Origin: the human T2T-CHM13v2.0 reference genome, Homo sapiens | Direction: 5' to 3' (one strand) | Assembly (NCBI RefSeq): GCF_009914755.1 | Contig: NC_060944.1 | DNA length: 64,000 nucleotides | Shown here: positions 59,701 to 64,000 of the stretch, in pieces | How positions within the stretch are numbered: the stretch's first letter is position 1 | How the letters are laid out: the number at the start of each line of letters is the position of its first letter | The notes under the pieces: generated by a model | Seen by the model: the letters and a program-made list of their open reading frames with translations, nothing else | The model's database searches: none | What the model was told of the DNA's origin: nothing | Program-made: the position numbers and the translations under genes

Positions 59701-61433
59701 TGTCTAACTTAATTCACATTTGCAGCACTGTGCTGAGTGCTTTATCTCATTTAACTGTGACAACAGCCCTGTAAGGGGGATAGCATTATCACTCAGGTTC
59801 TAGAGCCTGGGACACCCGTGCTCAGAGAGGTGGAGCAACTCGCTCACAGCCTGGTGCATGCTCAGGGGTGGAGCTGGAATCCCCACTGGAAACCCACCCC
59901 CCAGCCCGTGTTCTTCCTGGTGCTGGCGTAAACCATGATATATAGATCTGTTCCTTGTTAGAGATCTCTAAAGAAGAAAACTACTTGCTTAACAAAAATG
60001 ACTTTGCTATATAAAGGTGTGGTTTTTTTGACTATTCCTCCAGAATGGCATTTTTTAGAAGTCTGAAGTCTAAGAAAACCTCTGCAAAAATTCAAGGCAC
60101 TTAAATCTTTGATGAAGCACTCAAATGTATTCATTTATCATCCAGTCTTTCAGTTTCATTGTAGACAGATTTATGTCCTTTGTGATGGTAGCTCCATGTC
60201 CTGGAATGGACCTCCCATCCAGGTTCACAGATACAGCTAAGAGGCTGGAAAAGGTCGCAAGTGGAAGGAAGCTTGGGTTTGTAGTTTCCTCACATATTCT
60301 TAGAAGCTAGGGGCTGGGGAAACCCAGAAGTTAGGTGGTCAAGGGCAAAAAGATTCTCCCTTTTCTGTCTTTCTTCCCCAAACCTTGTCACATGGAAGAT
60401 TTGAAATGGCTCCCCCAGGCCTGAGTCCTGGGCAGCTGTGTCACTGTTGGTGCCCACCTCCCAGGCTGCTTGCTCTGCCCTGCTTGGAGAATGACAACTT
60501 CTTAAGTTGCCACACAGTACCCAGAGCCACCAGTTCCTCTCCTGGTTGCTGTGTGGCTGAGACTGACCCTGGATCATGAGGCATCCTGCTGCCCAGCCCA
60601 TCATTTCCATCTGGTCCTGTTGGGGAGGAAGAAAATGCAGAGGCAAATGCAGATGCAGTATCTGTGGCTGGGCTCCAGCAAGACCCCTCCAAGGTCTCTG
60701 ACCCCAGGGCCAGTGGTTTCACCCACCTGGACCATCTACAAGGGTCAAATCCAGTGTGTGCAGTGCCTGGAATTAGAGGAAAGAGACATGCAGGTACAGC
60801 ATCGTGAAAGGCCCCTTTTGATGCTATAGAAAAAAAAAAAACCTCCAAAATAATTTTAATCATGTTCCTATCTTTGTTTATATTTCATTATGGAATGAGA
60901 TCTGGTTTTGACTTATATTAAGGTGACCTGTTTGAAATTGCCAATTTTGTGGGTCGATGACAGCTGAATATTGGCAGTTTTAAATGCTTCAATCTAATGC
61001 GAGTTAAATTAAAACCTTGAGGAATATGCAACTTTTCACTTTACACGGCTCTGTTTTAAAAAGGGTGTCAACATATTTCAGCCTTGCGGAGATGGCGGCG
61101 TATGTCTATCCTGTGTTGCAAGCAGCTGTGAATGGTTGCGTCGTTTTGCTTGGCCTACGCATGGGCGTGTTGTCACCAGAAAGCGTCTCTGCTCCTCCAA
61201 GTGGTGGCAAGCCCCTCCTGAGAGCCATTCCTCATCCAGACAAGAATCCATCAGATCTTATGAAAATTTAATGTGTGAAAGTGTACAGTTGCATGAGGGT
61301 TTTTTTCTTTTAAATAAATTAGTTTGCAGCCCTTGCTAACACCAGATGAATGAATTAAGAATGCACCTCCCCCGGGGCTGTCGGGCTGCTAAACTGCATG
61401 CTGGGGCGAAATTCCCTTTCTCTTATTCTTAGC

Positions 61434-61727
61434 TTTTTCTTTTTTTTTGAAACAGAATCTCACTCTGTCCACCAGACTGGAGTGCAGTGGTGCGATCTCA
61501 GCTCACTATAACTTCCACCTCCCGGGTTCAAGCAATTCTCTGCCTCAGCCTCCCGAGTAGCTGGGATTACAGGCGCCTGCCACCACACCCGGCTAATTTT
61601 TGTATTTTTAGTAGAGACAGGGTTTTACCATCTTGGCCAGGCTGGTCTTGAACTCCTGACCTTGTGATCCACCCACCTCGGCCTCCCAAAGTGTTGGGAT
61701 TATAGGCATGAGCCACCGCTCCCGGTC
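61434..61727 (-). mobile_element. Alu (AluSc/Sg-like)
   Basis: Full antisense dimer; TSD tcttagctt. Confidence 0.93.
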
Positions 61728-63179
61728 TCTTAGCTTATTCTTAAGGGGAATTTCCTACCTTTTATTTTTCTTCTTGAGAGAGTTTCAAATTTGCCAGAAC
61801 CTGAAGGGTTGTTGTGCTTTCAGCCAAAAGGATGTCTCAGTAGCCTTTAGCCCACCTTCCCCCAGGGCAATGGTAGCATGGAACATGCAACCCCTAGCTT
61901 ACTTGAAAGATTGGACTTGAAAAAAATCAGCAGTTCCTTCTGGAATCTGCAAGGATTGGGGAATTTGAAAGATTCAGGGGAATTAGTTCGGCTTCCCAAA
62001 CTAGTTGGTTTTAGTGACCCCTTCTTCTTCCCGTTGCATCACTGGTGTGACTGATGTTAACATTATTGTTGCCCCGTTTTACAAATGATGACCCTGGAAA
62101 GGCTTGGAGGGCCCTGGGGCTGCCTAAGGTCATAGGCCAGGAAGAAATGGAGCCTGTCCGAGGGCTTGCGTCTCCTCATTCTGAAGCCCAGGCTTTCTCC
62201 ATGTTTTCAAAATGCCAGCTGGTTGCATTTTGTTTTTCCAAATGATATTGTAGATGCCAGAAAGTGGGGCCTGTGTTTCCATTTCTTGGTTTTCCTGCCC
62301 TTCCAGCTCTCTCATAGGAGGCATATGATGAGCACAGGGAACAGGCATCTGTGCTGGGCAGACCTAAAACGAGGAAGGGGCACCGTGACCAGTTACCTTG
62401 CGGTGTGGCGCAGTGCTATCTTGAAGACCATAACATCTCTCGAGCAGGCTAGCATATCTGGTCCGAAAAGTCGCCATTTCTTTGGGTGGGCTTGTACAAA
62501 GTGGTCCACATCTCACAGGGTGGTCTGCTGGGCTCTGCAGGCCCGTGTTGTGTCCATAATACATGATCAATAAACACAAAAGCTGCCCATCAATGAATCC
62601 AGGTGTTCACCCGGATGGGCGTGGGAAACTCAGACAGGCAGAGGCCACGGGCTCTTCTGTCTCTCAATTCCTGTCCCCTTTGCATACTGGGGGGGCACTT
62701 GCTGGGGGTAGTCCAGTAATTTTATCTCATGGTGCTCCACCAGAGACCATGGTGCTGATGGCACCTACTAAGCGCAACGCTGTGCTTGACTCTACCCTCT
62801 GAGTGTGCCCACTCAGGGCTGGTCTCCCTCATGCAGCCCGAGGCCTCCTGCCAAAGTCCACTTCAAGGGGAAGCCGAAGGTGCACACAATCCCCTACGTC
62901 TCCTTTGATCCAAGTACATCAGCTCTTCCAAATTGTGTTTGCCGTGCATTTTTTTTCCAGAATCCTCTTAAGAAGGATTTAAGAATCTTGCCAAAGTGGC
63001 CACTTCTCCTAAAAACATCTAACCCAGTCCTCGCAGATTCCAGAAGGAACTGCTGATTTTTTAATTTATCTTCAGTCATTTGCTTTCGGAAGGGAACATT
63101 TATTGTGTTGAAAATTAAAGACTTGATAAAAAATGTTTGCTTTTTGTGGTGTCCTTGAAAATCGAGTGATTTTCACCCA

Positions 63180-63237
63180 GGATTTCTGTAGTGGGTGTCA
63201 GGCACCGTGGATTTCTGTACTGGGTGTCAGGGACCGT
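63180..63237. repeat. 29-bp tandem duplication
   Basis: ggatttctgta(g/c)tgggtgtcagg(c/g)accgt x2. Confidence 0.92.
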
Positions 63238-63289
63238 GGTACACCACGGTGCTTAGAAAAATGGATGATGGAGGTGGTGCTGTGGCTGG

Positions 63290-63500
63290 CTAGCATTTAT
63301 TAACATTGTTATTGCCAGGCACCATGTCAACCCTTTCCTATGCATTAGCTCATTTAATTCTTACAGCCACTATTTGTGGCAGGTACTAGTATTATCCCCA
63401 TTGCACATGACAGGAAACGGAAGCTCAGAGAGGTTATGTAACTTGCCCAAGTTTGAACAGTTAATAAGAGCTTGCATTCAAACCCAGTCCATTCTGGCTC
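63290..63500 (-). mobile_element. MIR
   Basis: ctcatttaattcttacagcc...attatccccattgcacatga...gctcagagaggttatgtaacttgcccaag. Confidence 0.85.
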
Positions 63501-63689
63501 ATGGGGCCCAAGCCTTGCTCTGCTGCCCCAGGCTGTGTAGGATGCATCTGCGGTGGCCATTCTTCTCTCCAGAGGTCCTTCCTAGGACTGACTTTGTGGA
63601 GATTCTGTGCTGGTAGGTGGCGGGGCAAGACACGCCTGTCTCTCCCCCTGGAAGGAGTCAGTCCAGCAAGAAACCTGATGAAACCAGTG

Positions 63690-64000
63690 ACTCCCAGCTC
63701 TGGGTGAGACATGATGATGGGGCGATGGTGGGGGATGTGGCAGCACAAAGCAACTTTGTCCACTGATGTCGGGAACGCCTTTTGAAGGAAGAAAAGTGTA
63801 AGTTGTTACCCAGAGTAGAAGATGGCCAGGCCAGGAGTTGGGAAGGGGGTTCTAGAAGGCAAAGTGCGTGTAAAGTTCTTGAAACTAGAGATACCTAAGG
63901 AATCTAGATGAGGCCAGTCTGGTTGGAGCAAAGGGTGATGAGTCGGGAGGCTGGAGAGTGACAAGGACCAGATTGCGTGGGGAGGATACTGCTGCCTGGG
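63690..64000 (-). mobile_element. L2 fragment
   Basis: ttttgaaggaagaaaag...gaggccagtctggttggagc...ggaccagatt. Confidence 0.6.

Overview
Primate (very likely human or ape) non-coding genomic DNA. I found no convincing protein-coding exon, RNA gene or CpG island, and there is no prokaryotic or CRISPR content. The long ORFs in the track are artefacts of simple repeats, Alus and old LINEs. Much of the window is interspersed repeat: 12 Alus, old L1M/L2/MIR fragments, MaLR/ERVL solo LTRs with target-site duplications, and MER20/MER30/MER47A/MER5A/MER58/MER103 DNA transposons. There are four large tandem or low-complexity tracts between 8.7 and 29.6 kb. Most L1 remnants are on the minus strand, weakly suggesting an intron of a plus-strand transcript, but I cannot name the locus. 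The strongest unexplained structures are two local templated insertions. The first (3510-3725) joins a direct copy of 4656-4820 to an inverted copy of 5109-5164 through a 5-bp microhomology. The second (40017-40134) copies 37776-37893 into an old L1. Both copy the 3' tip of a MaLR LTR plus its flank. Other leads are a four-site MEF2 cluster beside a candidate exon, a ~940-nt AG-free polypyrimidine tract ahead of a possible MIR-derived exon, and a non-consensus patch shared by two neighbouring Alus. I see no evidence for a new multi-gene system. Repeat subfamily names come from recalled consensus sequences, and boundaries of old repeats are approximate.
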